Assembly (NCBI GenBank): GCA_041653595.1
Contig: JBAZFB010000002.1
Span: 4,579 to 68,578 of the forward strand
DNA: 64,000 nucleotides
Reading direction: 5' to 3'
Source of the DNA: Candidatus Omnitrophota bacterium
Lineage (GTDB): Bacteria > Omnitrophota > Gorgyraeia > Pluralincolimonadales > Pluralincolimonadaceae
This document shows, piece after piece, positions 24,104 through 33,702 of this stretch. The notes under the pieces are model-generated. The model searched no databases. It saw only the letters and a list, made by a program, of their open reading frames with translations, and was not told the DNA's origin. Every line of letters starts with the position of its first letter. Position 1 is the first letter of the stretch. A program made the translations under genes and the position numbers.

Positions 24104-24118
24104 GAGGAGAAAAATAAT

Positions 24119-25102
24119 ATGGGTATTGCCTGGAAAGATTTTGAAATGCCAAAGAAGTTGGCTTGCGATGACGCTAGCTATTCGGATACCTACGGAAAGT
24201 TCACCGCAGAGCCTTTTGAGCGCGGCTACGGCACTACGCTCGGCAACGCTTTAAGGAGGGTGCTGCTTTCCTCGATAGAGGGAAGCGCGGTGACCTCTAT
24301 CAAGATAGATTCCGTCCACCACGAGTTTTCCAGCGTGCCCGGCGTCTCGGAAGATATACCGGAGATAATCCTGAATATCAAAAAACTCGTCCTGCGCTCC
24401 CATTCAAGGCAGCCCAAGGTCATCGAGATCAAGGCCGACAGCAAGGGCGACGTGAAGGCCAAGGACATAATCCATGACGAGACGATAGAGATAATTAATC
24501 CCGAACTGCATATCGCCACGCTGACGAAGAACGCCAAGTTCCACGTCGAGATGGAAGTAGGCAGGGGAAGGGGTTATTATCCGGCCGAGAAGAACAAAAG
24601 GGAAGGCCAGCCGATCGGGGTCATACCCGTGGACTCGATATTTACCCCTATCGTGAAGGTCAACTTCGAGGTGGAAAATACCCGCGTCGGCCAGATAACC
24701 GATTACGACAAGCTCATATTGGAGATATGGACCAACGGAAGCGTGACGCCGAAAGACGCGTTGCTATATTCGGCCCACATACTCGAGAAACACCTCGAGA
24801 TATTCCTCGATTACGGGAAACTTCCGGAAGAGGAAGTCGAGGAAGAGATCAAGGTCGACGAAGAGCTCTATACGAAGCTCAGGATGCCCGTCTCGGAGCT
24901 CGAGCTTTCCGTGAGGAGCGCCAACTGCCTCAAGGAAGCGAAGATAAAGACGATCGGAGAACTCGTCCAGAAAAATGAGGCGGAGATGCTCAAGTACAGG
25001 AATTTCGGTAAGAAATCCCTGGCGGAGATAAAAGAGATCATAACCGGGATGGGTTTGGGCCTCGGCATGAAAGTCGATAAAAAGTTACTGAAGAAGGAAT
25101 AA
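24119..25102 (+). CDS. rpoA: DNA-directed RNA polymerase alpha subunit
   Basis: The product is 327 aa. The N-terminal domain contains EPFERGYGTTLGNALRRVLLSS..G.A and the C-terminal domain contains LELSVRSANCLK. Confidence 0.96.
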   Translation: MGIAWKDFEMPKKLACDDASYSDTYGKFTAEPFERGYGTTLGNALRRVLLSSIEGSAVTSIKIDSVHHEFSSVPGVSEDIPEIILNIKKLVLRSHSRQPKVIEIKADSKGDVKAKDIIHDETIEIINPELHIATLTKNAKFHVEMEVGRGRGYYPAEKNKREGQPIGVIPVDSIFTPIVKVNFEVENTRVGQITDYDKLILEIWTNGSVTPKDALLYSAHILEKHLEIFLDYGKLPEEEVEEEIKVDEELYTKLRMPVSELELSVRSANCLKEAKIKTIGELVQKNEAEMLKYRNFGKKSLAEIKEIITGMGLGLGMKVDKKLLKKE

Positions 25103-25115
25103 CGGGTATACAACC

Positions 25116-25718
25116 ATGCGCCATAAAAAACTGAACAAGAAATTCGACAGGAACAAGCCCGAAAGAGATTCGATGATGAATAATCTCGTGAAGGGGCTTT
25201 TCATCTACCAGAGCATCACAACCACGACCCAGAAGGCGAAAGAGGCCCGCAGGTTCGCCGAGAAGCTCATAACGACCGCCAAAAAGGACGATCTTAGCTC
25301 CCGGAGGAAGGCTTTCTCGATCTTAAGGGACGAGACCCTTGTCGGGAAGTTGTTTAAGGAGATCGCCCCGCTTTTTAAAGACAGAAAAGGCGGGTATACG
25401 CGGATAATCCACCTTGGGAAACGGAAGGGCGACAATGCCGAGCTTTCGATACTTGAATTGACAGAGAAGAAAGTCATCGCTCCTAAGGTAAAGCATAAGA
25501 AAGAGAAACCGGCCGAGGCCAAACCGTCCGCGGCAGAAAAGGCTCCCGCAAAAGGAGCCGGTCCCCACGCTCCGGAAAAGGCTAAAGAAGCGGCGCACGA
25601 AAAGAATATCCCGCCTAAGAAAGAGGAGAAGGAGACACATAAAACGCCGACCCATAAGGCGCCGGCCGGCGGTTTTGTCGGGACTCTCCGCAAGTTCTTC
25701 AGGGGCAGGACCAAGTAA
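25116..25718 (+). CDS. rplQ: 50S ribosomal protein L17 with an ~80-aa Lys/Ala/Pro-rich (histone H1-like) C-terminal tail
   Basis: It begins MRHKKLNKKFDRNKPER and has an L17 core of about 115 aa. The tail reads KVKHKKEKPAEAKPSAAEKAPAKGAGPHAPEKAKEAAHEK... Confidence 0.92.
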   Translation: MRHKKLNKKFDRNKPERDSMMNNLVKGLFIYQSITTTTQKAKEARRFAEKLITTAKKDDLSSRRKAFSILRDETLVGKLFKEIAPLFKDRKGGYTRIIHLGKRKGDNAELSILELTEKKVIAPKVKHKKEKPAEAKPSAAEKAPAKGAGPHAPEKAKEAAHEKNIPPKKEEKETHKTPTHKAPAGGFVGTLRKFFRGRTK

Positions 25719-25753
25719 TCCGCTAAGGCGGGTATATATAAGAGGGGATAACC

Positions 25754-26923
25754 TTGAAGATCTCAAGACGTATTGAGAAAGTCAAAGAATCTCCTACGCT
25801 CGCCATCACCGCCAAAGCCAAGGAGATGAAGCTTAAGGGCGAAGACGTCGTAAGCTTCGGCGCCGGCGAACCGGATTTTGATACACCCTCCCACATCAAA
25901 GCCTCCGCGATAAAGGCCATTGAGGGCGGTTTCACCAAATATACCGCGTCTTCGGGGATCCCCGAGCTAAAAAAAGCTATCTGCGAGAAATTCCTGAACG
26001 ATAACGGCCTCTCCTATGAACCTTCCCAGATCGTAGTATCGTGCGGCGCAAAACACTCACTCTATAATATATTCCAGGCGATCTGCGACGAGGGGGATGA
26101 AGTGATCATCCCTTCGCCGTATTGGGTAAGCTATACCGAGATGGTAAAACTTGCCGGCGGGAGGCCTGTCATCCTGGACACGAAACAGAGCGACGGGTTT
26201 AAAGTTAAGCCCGATGCCTTGAAGAAGGCTATCACTAAAAAGACGGCCGCATTCGTCCTCAACAGCCCGTCCAATCCCACCGGATGCGTCTATAACAGAT
26301 CCGACGTCGAAGGCATAGCGGATATCCTTATCAATGATAAAATAACAGTGATCTCGGACGAGATATACGAGAAATTGATATACGACGGCGAGAAGCATAT
26401 CTCGTTCGCCTCTCTCGGCAAGGAGGCGCACGGCCTCACTTTTACCGTGAACGGCATGTCCAAATCTTATTCTATGACCGGCTGGCGCATCGGTTACCTG
26501 GCCGCGCCGACGAATGAACTGGCGGCAGCGGTCGGAAGGCTCCAGGACCATTCGACCTCAAATCCCGTTTCGTTCGCGCAGAAGGCGGCGCTCGAGGCGT
26601 TGAAGGGCGACCAGAAGTGCGTCGCGGAGATGGTCGAGGAATTCAAAAAGAGGCGCGATTATATGGTTGACAGGATCAACCGGATGAAGAATATCAGCTG
26701 CGTAAAGCCTAAAGGCGCGTTTTATGTCTTCTGCGACATATCGAAGACGAAGATGGGCTCTTTCGATTTCTCGAAGAAGCTACTTGAAGAGGCGAAGGTG
26801 GCGGTCATCCCGGGCGAGCCGTTCGGATGGGATACCCACATTAGGCTGAGTTTCGCGACCGGCCTCGACGATATCAAGAAGGGCCTCGACAGGCTGGATA
26901 ACTGGCTTAACGCCAGGCAATAA
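25754..26923 (+). CDS. Aspartate/aromatic aminotransferase family (class I PLP fold; TTG start)
   Basis: The PLP-lysine context SKSYSMTGWRIGY is present, with N.PSNPTG and AspAT-like length and order. It is 389 aa. Confidence 0.85.
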   Translation: MKISRRIEKVKESPTLAITAKAKEMKLKGEDVVSFGAGEPDFDTPSHIKASAIKAIEGGFTKYTASSGIPELKKAICEKFLNDNGLSYEPSQIVVSCGAKHSLYNIFQAICDEGDEVIIPSPYWVSYTEMVKLAGGRPVILDTKQSDGFKVKPDALKKAITKKTAAFVLNSPSNPTGCVYNRSDVEGIADILINDKITVISDEIYEKLIYDGEKHISFASLGKEAHGLTFTVNGMSKSYSMTGWRIGYLAAPTNELAAAVGRLQDHSTSNPVSFAQKAALEALKGDQKCVAEMVEEFKKRRDYMVDRINRMKNISCVKPKGAFYVFCDISKTKMGSFDFSKKLLEEAKVAVIPGEPFGWDTHIRLSFATGLDDIKKGLDRLDNWLNARQ

Positions 26924-26933
26924 AGGAGATATC

Positions 26934-28013
26934 TTGGGACACAAGATCACTTTCATACCCGGCGACGGCGTAGGGCCGGAACTCTCGGATGCGGCGAAAC
27001 GCTGCATAGAAGCGACCGGCGTCGATATCGAATGGGAAATCTTCGACGCGGGCATAGATGTCATGGAGAAATACGGCACGCCGCTTCCCGAGCACGTCCT
27101 CGCTTCCATAAGGAAGAACAAGGTAGCCATCAAAGGGCCGATCACGACGCCTGTCGGCACCGGAATACGCAGCGTAAACGTTGAGCTCAGGAAAGCCCTG
27201 GAATTATACGCCTGCCTGCGCCCGTGCAAATCTTATAAAGGGGTCAGGAGCAGGTACGATAAGGTCGATATCGTTATCGTGCGGGAGAATACCGAGGACC
27301 TTTACGCGGGAGTGGAATTCGAACCGGGCACCCCGGACTGCAAGAAAGTCATAGACAATATCAACGCCTTATCCAAAAAACAGATAAGGCCGGATTCAGC
27401 GATAAGCATAAAACCGATATCGAAGTTCGCATCGGAACGGATAGTGAAATACGCTTTTGAATACGCGGTAAAGAACGGCAGGAAGAAGGTGACCTGCATA
27501 CATAAAGCTAATATCATGAAGGCGACCGACGGGTTGTTCCTCGCGACAGCGAGGGAAGTCGCCGCTAAGTACGCGGGAAAAGTGGAATTCGAGGACAGGA
27601 TCGTCGATAACATTTGCATGCAGCTCGTCCAGAGGCCCGAGGAATATGATATTCTCGTCCTTCCCAACCTGTACGGCGACATAATATCCGACCTTTGCGC
27701 CGGGCTTGTCGGAGGGCTGGGGCTGGCTCCGGGCGCGAACATCGGCGATAATTGCGCGGTCTTTGAGGCGACTCACGGCAGCGCGCCTAAATATAAAGGC
27801 ATGAACAAGGTAAATCCCACCGCTATGATCCTTTCCGGAGTGTTGATGCTGCGCCATATAGGCGAGAAGAATGCCGCAGACCGGCTGGAGAACGCCGTGA
27901 AGAAGATGATCGCCGACGGAAAATTCGTCACTTACGACCTGAAGGCGGAACGCAGCGACCCGACCGCGGTCGGCACACGCCAGATGGCAGACGCGATAAT
28001 AAAGGCGCTCTAA
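26934..28013 (+). CDS. NAD-dependent isocitrate dehydrogenase or homoisocitrate dehydrogenase family (IDH3-like beta-decarboxylating dehydrogenase; TTG start)
   Basis: It contains IPGDGVGPE, NVELRK.LELYA.LRPC, HKANIMK.TDGLFL and NLYGDIISDLCAGLVGGLGLAPGANIG. These are nearly identical to eukaryotic IDH3 and bacterial NAD-IDH signature blocks. Confidence 0.85.
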   Translation: MGHKITFIPGDGVGPELSDAAKRCIEATGVDIEWEIFDAGIDVMEKYGTPLPEHVLASIRKNKVAIKGPITTPVGTGIRSVNVELRKALELYACLRPCKSYKGVRSRYDKVDIVIVRENTEDLYAGVEFEPGTPDCKKVIDNINALSKKQIRPDSAISIKPISKFASERIVKYAFEYAVKNGRKKVTCIHKANIMKATDGLFLATAREVAAKYAGKVEFEDRIVDNICMQLVQRPEEYDILVLPNLYGDIISDLCAGLVGGLGLAPGANIGDNCAVFEATHGSAPKYKGMNKVNPTAMILSGVLMLRHIGEKNAADRLENAVKKMIADGKFVTYDLKAERSDPTAVGTRQMADAIIKAL

Positions 28014-28032
28014 CCCGCCGGAATATCTTCCC

Positions 28033-29349
28033 ATGAAAAACTACGATATATGCATCATCGGCGCAGGACCCGGCGGCACGGCCGCGGCGCTCGAGGCCTC
28101 ATTTCTGGGTGCGACGGTTGCGCTCATCGAAAGGGATGAGATCGGCGGCGTATGCCTGAATAGGGGCTGCATCCCGACCAAGGCCCGTTTAAAGTCCGCT
28201 TTTCTTTACGATGAATTCAAGCGTTCAGCCGAATTCGGCATAACGTCAAAAAATTTCGACTTCGACCTTTCTTCCATACGCCACCGCTCCTCCGATATAG
28301 TGGCCCGCCTGAAAGACCAGCTCGACCAATCGCTAAAGGCCCGGAAGGTGGATGTAATAAAAGGCGAGGCGGTTTTTGAGGATAAAGGGACGGTAACTGT
28401 CGGCGGAGAGAAGTTATCCGCGAGCGTCTTTATTATAGCGACCGGGTCCACGCCGAAAGCGCTCGGGACGGCCAAGTCGGACAAAAAAAGGATATTCTAT
28501 TCCGAAGAGATACTCGGCCTCGATAAGATGCCTGAGGATATCACGATAATCGGCGGCGGCGCCATAGGATGCGAATTCGCGTCTTTCTTCTCGGCCCTTG
28601 GCTCCAAAGTTACCATTATAGAGATGATGGAGCGGATATTGCCGAGGGAAGATAAGGATCTTTCGAACAGGCTCGAAGGCATATTTAAGAAAAAAGGCAT
28701 AGAGGTGATAACAGGCGTGGCTTCGCCGGATATCGGCAAGATCTCCTCCGAGGTCATCCTCGTCTCGGTCGGACGTTCGCCGAATACGGTCGGAATGGGA
28801 TTGGAAAAAGCCGGCGTATCCGTAAAGGACGGCCGCATAATCGTCGACGGGTATTTAAAGACATCGGCCCCAAATATTTTCGCCAGCGGGGATTGCATCG
28901 GAAGATATAACCTCGCGCACGCCGCGTCGGCCGAGGGAAAGGCTGCCGCGCGAAACGCCCTCGGGAAAGAGGCGGCGATGGATTACGGGATAATGCCTGT
29001 TTGCGTCTATTCGTTCCCGGAGGCCGGGAGCGTAGGCCTGAACTCAGATGAGGCGGGTAATAAAGGATATGAGGCGGTAACCGGCCGCGCTTTCTTCGCG
29101 GGATCGGGAAGGGCACTCGCCCAGCGGGAAACGGAAGGCTTTGTAAAGTTGACGGCCGACAAAAAGACAGGCAAGATACTCGGGGCGCAGATATTGGGCT
29201 ATAACGCGTCGGAACTCATTGGCATAATAAGCGTCGCCATAAAGGGCGGGCTATCCCTAAGAGACCTGGCCGATGTCGTCCAGCCGCATCCGGCTTTCTC
29301 CGAGGCGGTCCAGGAGGCTGCAGCAAATATATTGAGGCAGCCGAAATGA
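28033..29349 (+). CDS. lpdA: Dihydrolipoyl dehydrogenase (E3)
   Basis: The FAD motif GAGPGG and the redox disulfide GGVCLNRGCIPTK are present, as are the NAD motif GGGAIGCEFA and a C-terminal interface His-Pro (HPAFSE). It is 438 aa. Confidence 0.9.
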   Translation: MKNYDICIIGAGPGGTAAALEASFLGATVALIERDEIGGVCLNRGCIPTKARLKSAFLYDEFKRSAEFGITSKNFDFDLSSIRHRSSDIVARLKDQLDQSLKARKVDVIKGEAVFEDKGTVTVGGEKLSASVFIIATGSTPKALGTAKSDKKRIFYSEEILGLDKMPEDITIIGGGAIGCEFASFFSALGSKVTIIEMMERILPREDKDLSNRLEGIFKKKGIEVITGVASPDIGKISSEVILVSVGRSPNTVGMGLEKAGVSVKDGRIIVDGYLKTSAPNIFASGDCIGRYNLAHAASAEGKAAARNALGKEAAMDYGIMPVCVYSFPEAGSVGLNSDEAGNKGYEAVTGRAFFAGSGRALAQRETEGFVKLTADKKTGKILGAQILGYNASELIGIISVAIKGGLSLRDLADVVQPHPAFSEAVQEAAANILRQPK

Positions 29350-30185
29350 TAGCCAAGCCCCGCTGGCTTAGAAGGGATATCGTATCCTCGCCGAAGATAG
29401 AGGAGACAAGAAAATTCCTCAGGGATTCTTCGGTCAACACCGTCTGCGAAAGCGCCAAATGCCCTAATTTATGCGAATGCTTCGGCAGGGGCGTGGCGAC
29501 TTTTATAATTCTCGGCGATACCTGCACGAGAGGATGCAGGTTCTGCGCGGTAAATGAGGGGATCCCTTCCGCGCCTGACCGGGAAGAGCCTTCGAAAGTT
29601 TACGAGGCCGCCAGGAAATTAAACCTTAACTATATTGTCGTCACATCGGTCACAAGGGATGACCTCCCGGACGGGGGAGCGGCGCATTATGCCGCGACTG
29701 TCGGATACCTGCGCGAGAGATTAAGCGGCGTAAAAATAGAGGTCCTCGTCCCGGATTTCATGGGGCGGGCGGAGCATATCGATAAGGTATGCGGAGCGGG
29801 GATAGATGTCTTCGCGCATAATCTCGATACGGTCAGGAGGCTCCATAAAGCCGTCAAGCCGAAAAGCGATTACAATCTTTCGCTTACCGTATTGGGGAAA
29901 GCCAGGGATATATCGCGCGGCGGCATACCTACCAAGAGCGGCCTCATGCTCGGCCTCGGCGAGACAGAGGAAGAAGTGGTCTCAACGATGAAGGACCTGC
30001 GATGGGCGGGGTGCGATATTATCACTCTCGGGCAATACCTGAAGCCGTCCCTGGGCAAGACAGAGGAGCGTGAGTTTATATCTCCAAAAATGTTTGAAAA
30101 ATACGAAGAAATAGCGTATAATTTAGGCTTTACAAGGGTGAGCTCAGGACCGTTTGTCAGGAGTTCCTATCATTCAACCTGTTAA
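29346..30185 (+). CDS. lipA: Lipoyl synthase (radical SAM)
   Basis: The auxiliary cluster C..KCPN..EC and the radical SAM CTRGCRFC motif are present. It overlaps the lpdA stop by 4 nt. Confidence 0.93.
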   Translation: MIAKPRWLRRDIVSSPKIEETRKFLRDSSVNTVCESAKCPNLCECFGRGVATFIILGDTCTRGCRFCAVNEGIPSAPDREEPSKVYEAARKLNLNYIVVTSVTRDDLPDGGAAHYAATVGYLRERLSGVKIEVLVPDFMGRAEHIDKVCGAGIDVFAHNLDTVRRLHKAVKPKSDYNLSLTVLGKARDISRGGIPTKSGLMLGLGETEEEVVSTMKDLRWAGCDIITLGQYLKPSLGKTEEREFISPKMFEKYEEIAYNLGFTRVSSGPFVRSSYHSTC

Positions 30186-30211
30186 GTCAATTTTGGGTCA
30201 AGGAGGAGGAT

Positions 30212-30472
30212 ATGGCAAAAGTCATATTGCCTGAAGTCGGAGAAGGGGCCCGGGAAGCCACCATATCTTACTGGCATTTCGAGGAAGGCGACAGGATAGA
30301 GGAAGGCGAAGACCTTGTGGAGATCGCCACGGACAAGTCCGCTATCAACGTGCCGGCTCCGTGCTCCGGAGTATTGACAGAAGTTTATTTTGAAGAAGGC
30401 GATATAGTCGAGGTCGGAGAAGTCCTCGCCAATATCGAAGAGGAAGAAGCGCTTTTTGAAGAGGAGGAATAA
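30212..30472 (+). CDS. Stand-alone lipoyl (or biotinyl) attachment-domain protein, 86 aa, with an acidic C-terminal tail
   Basis: The lipoyl-lysine hairpin context EIATDKSAINVPAPCSGVL is present, with a GAGGAGGA RBS upstream. The tail EEEEALFEEEE resembles the start of an E2 linker. No catalytic E2 domain follows. Confidence 0.75.
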   Translation: MAKVILPEVGEGAREATISYWHFEEGDRIEEGEDLVEIATDKSAINVPAPCSGVLTEVYFEEGDIVEVGEVLANIEEEEALFEEEE

Positions 30473-30482
30473 GTTAAATTAG

Positions 30483-31667
30483 ATGCATGAAGCTAACAGG
30501 CTTAAAAGGTTACCGCTGTATCTTTTCACTATCCTTGACGAGCTGAAGGAGAAGGCCAAGTCCCAGGGCATGGAGGTCATAGACCTCGGCATGGGCAGTC
30601 CTGACCTTCCGCCGGCCCGCCATATAGTGGATGAATTATGCGAGCAGACCAAACACGTCGTCAACCACCGCTATTCCAGGCCTACCGGAGAAGTCGAGAA
30701 GGCCTTCAAGAAGGCGATAGCCGATTGGTATAAGACCAAGTTTAACGTGGATCTCGATCCCCGGACCGAAGTATTGCCTCTCATCGGTTCTAAGGAAGGC
30801 ATCGCGAACTTATGCCTCACGTTCCTCAACAACGACGATATAGCCATAGTGCCGAGCCCGGGATATACCGTTCATTTTAACGGCCCGATCATGGCCGGGG
30901 GCATATTATACAGCTTGCCTATAAGCAAGGAGAACGGGTACAAGCCGGACTTAAAGAGCCTCGGCCGGGAGATCACCAGGATGGCCAAGATACTTTTCCT
31001 TAGCTATCCGCATAATCCCACCACAGCTGTCGCCGACCTGGCTTATCTTGAAAGCGTCGTCGATTGGGCGAAGGACAAGGATATAATAATAGCTTACGAC
31101 AACGCCTATTCTGACTTTGTCTTTGAGGGGCCGCCTGCCCCGAGCATACTCCAGGTAAAAGGGGCTAAAGATAAATGCGTGGAGTTCCACACGCTGTCCA
31201 AGTCGTATAACATGGCGGGGTGGAGGATAGGCACGGTCGTAGGCAACTCCAACATCATACGCTCCCTTGAAAAGACGAAGAGCTACATAGACTTCGGCCT
31301 TTTCCGGCCGATACAATACGCCGCTATAAAGGCGTTGACCGGCCCTCAGGACTGCGTAAAGGAACTCGTTGCTACATATAAGAAGAGAAGGGATGTCTTT
31401 GTCGACGGGCTTAACAAGGCCGGTTGGGAGATCGACAAGCCGCAGGGGACTTTTTATGTCTGGGCCCACATCCCTCCCAAGTACAACGCTCTTACATCTA
31501 TGGAATTTTGCGCGCTTCTGGTCGAGGAAGCGGGCGTCGTATCTTCCCCGGGGACGGGCTTCGGAGAATTCGGAGAAGGTTTCGTGAGGTTCGCCCTCGT
31601 GGAACCCGAAGACAAACTTAAGATAGCCGTCGACAGGATAAAGAGACTCCTGGAGAAGAAAGACTAA
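30483..31667 (+). CDS. Class I PLP-dependent aminotransferase (AspAT / alanine / LL-DAP aminotransferase-like)
   Basis: The motifs SKSYNMAGWRIG and SYPHNPT are present. It is 394 aa, and its specificity cannot be assigned from sequence alone. Confidence 0.8.
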   Translation: MHEANRLKRLPLYLFTILDELKEKAKSQGMEVIDLGMGSPDLPPARHIVDELCEQTKHVVNHRYSRPTGEVEKAFKKAIADWYKTKFNVDLDPRTEVLPLIGSKEGIANLCLTFLNNDDIAIVPSPGYTVHFNGPIMAGGILYSLPISKENGYKPDLKSLGREITRMAKILFLSYPHNPTTAVADLAYLESVVDWAKDKDIIIAYDNAYSDFVFEGPPAPSILQVKGAKDKCVEFHTLSKSYNMAGWRIGTVVGNSNIIRSLEKTKSYIDFGLFRPIQYAAIKALTGPQDCVKELVATYKKRRDVFVDGLNKAGWEIDKPQGTFYVWAHIPPKYNALTSMEFCALLVEEAGVVSSPGTGFGEFGEGFVRFALVEPEDKLKIAVDRIKRLLEKKD

Positions 31668-31693
31668 ACGCATTCTTTAAGTTGCCGTACGAT

Positions 31694-31727
31694 ACGCCCG
31701 CCAGGATAACGGCGGGCGTATTTCATT
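31694..31727 (+). terminator. Putative intrinsic terminator after the aminotransferase gene
   Basis: A perfect 9-bp stem (ACGCCCGCC / GGCGGGCGU) with an 8-nt loop is followed by AUUUCAUU. Confidence 0.45.
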
Positions 31728-31735
31728 GGAGGCCT

Positions 31736-32863
31736 ATGTCGGCGAAGAAAAGGGTCCTGTTGCTTTATATCTCGGTCAACTCCGGGCACCAGAAGGCCGC
31801 GCTTGCCATCGAGAAGGCGCTGCGGCTTCTGACCCCCGAAGCGGAGATCCTTGCCGTAAACTCCTTCAATTACACGAACCCGCTCGTCGAGAAAGTCATA
31901 AACAGGACCTACCTGGGAGTGATAAAGAACAAGCCTGAAGTCTGGGAATATCTCTACGACAACCCGAAGGTCTTCCGGAGCTTGGGGAGATTGCGCGATT
32001 TCATACATAAATTCAATTCCGGGAAACTGAAGACCCTCCTCGATGAGTTCAAGCCGGACGTCATCGCCTGCACCCAAGCGTTCCCTTGCGGGATGATCGC
32101 GGATTATAAGACGTCATTCGGGTTGAAAGTGCCGCTTATCGGCGTGCTCACCGACTGCTACCCGCATTCCTACTGGTTCTTCGATTCGGTCGATCATTAT
32201 ATCGTCAACTCCGAGGCGGCGACAAAAAGACTGGTCGAACACGGCATCCCCAGGGAAAAGATAAAGGATTACGGCATCCCGATAGACCCGAAATTTACCG
32301 AGAAGGCCGATGACGAGGGAGTAAGGAAGAAACTCGGGCTTGATCCGGGATTGCCGACGGTCTTGATAATGGGCGGCAACCAGGGGCTCGGACCGCTCGC
32401 GGAACTCGTGAACGAGCTGAACAGGATATCGTGTCCCCTCCAGCTGATCGTCGTGGCCGGAAGCAATAAGCGGCTGTTTGACTGGCTGGAGAGGAGGAAA
32501 CGGTCTCTAAGGTTCAAGACCGTTGTCTACGGCTATACTACGGAAGTATACGAGCTGATGTCGGTCTCGACGCTAATAGTGACTAAACCGGGCGGACTTA
32601 CGATATCCGAAGCCCTTTCAAAGGATTTGCCGATCATAATCCTGAACCCGATACCGGGACAGGAGGCCAAGAATACCGAGTATCTGACAAACGAGGGCGC
32701 CGCCGTTAAGGCGGACAGCGCTGCAGATGCAGCGTTACTGACGGAAATGCTCCTGGGCAACAGGTCGAAGCTCGAACATATGCGCGGAAACGCCCGGCGG
32801 ATAGCGAAACCGCGGTCATCAACCGATATAGCGAGGCTTATTCTCGAATGTGCGAACTCCTGA
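31736..32863 (+). CDS. MGDG-synthase-like / diacylglycerol glycosyltransferase (GT28 family). The start is trimmed to the ATG behind a GGAGG RBS.
   Basis: An N-terminal MGDG_synth-like region (VLLLYISVNSGHQKAA) is followed by a GT-B C-terminal domain (MGGNQGLG..). The upstream TTG extension in the track is unsupported. Confidence 0.75.
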   Translation: MSAKKRVLLLYISVNSGHQKAALAIEKALRLLTPEAEILAVNSFNYTNPLVEKVINRTYLGVIKNKPEVWEYLYDNPKVFRSLGRLRDFIHKFNSGKLKTLLDEFKPDVIACTQAFPCGMIADYKTSFGLKVPLIGVLTDCYPHSYWFFDSVDHYIVNSEAATKRLVEHGIPREKIKDYGIPIDPKFTEKADDEGVRKKLGLDPGLPTVLIMGGNQGLGPLAELVNELNRISCPLQLIVVAGSNKRLFDWLERRKRSLRFKTVVYGYTTEVYELMSVSTLIVTKPGGLTISEALSKDLPIIILNPIPGQEAKNTEYLTNEGAAVKADSAADAALLTEMLLGNRSKLEHMRGNARRIAKPRSSTDIARLILECANS

Positions 32864-33702
32864 TATACAGGTTAGGACAATTCCTGGCGCTGGCCCTGCC
32901 GCTTAATGCGGTATACGCTGTCGCGGCCTTCCTGGCGAAGCTGCAGTATTCTTTTTCGCGGAAAGACCGGCTTACAGTATACGGGAACCTGCGCGCCATA
33001 TTCCCCGATAAAGACGAGGAGGAGATCGCCCGGATCGCGAAAGAAGTATTCGTTAATTTCGCCAAATATCTGGTGGATTTTTTCCGGTTCGAAAAGGTCG
33101 ACAAGAAGTTCCTTGCCGAAAAGGTAAAGGTCACGGGCCGTGAGAACCTGGACCAATCCCTTAAAGAAGGAAAGGGCGTCATAGCGCTGTCGGCCCACAT
33201 CGGGAACTACGAACTGGGCGGCGCGGTGATATCGCTTTTAGGTTACCGGTTTAATGCCGTGGCTCTTGACCACGATAACAAGCTGATAAACGATTTTTTC
33301 ATAGGGCAAAGAGCGCGCACAGGCGTACAGGTCATATCCCTCAGATCGGCCTTGAGGAGCTGTTTCGAGGCGCTGGACAGGGGAGAGGTACTCGCTTTAC
33401 TGGGTGACAGGGATTTTTCAAATCACGGCATAGTCACCAATTTTTTCGGGAAGAGGACGATGATCCCGAAGGGCCCGGCTGCCTTTTCCGTTAAGATCGG
33501 GGTCCCTATCGTGCCCGGCTTTTTGCTCAGGATGCCGGATGATACCTTCGAGCTGATATTCGATAGACCCATATCATACCGCGCCATCGGGAACCGCGAA
33601 GCGGATGAAAAGAAAGTCACCGGCCTTTGCGTAAAGGTCATCGAGGATTATATAAGAAGATATCCGTCGCAATGGTATATGTTCAGGAGGTTCTGGCTGT
33701 GA
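32848..33702 (+). CDS. Lipid A biosynthesis (LpxL/HtrB/PatA-family) lysophospholipid acyltransferase
   Basis: It has LPLAT architecture with the catalytic HIGNYE (H-x4-E) motif and the downstream GDRDF and PKGPA blocks. It is 284 aa. Confidence 0.75.
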   Translation: MCELLIYRLGQFLALALPLNAVYAVAAFLAKLQYSFSRKDRLTVYGNLRAIFPDKDEEEIARIAKEVFVNFAKYLVDFFRFEKVDKKFLAEKVKVTGRENLDQSLKEGKGVIALSAHIGNYELGGAVISLLGYRFNAVALDHDNKLINDFFIGQRARTGVQVISLRSALRSCFEALDRGEVLALLGDRDFSNHGIVTNFFGKRTMIPKGPAAFSVKIGVPIVPGFLLRMPDDTFELIFDRPISYRAIGNREADEKKVTGLCVKVIEDYIRRYPSQWYMFRRFWL

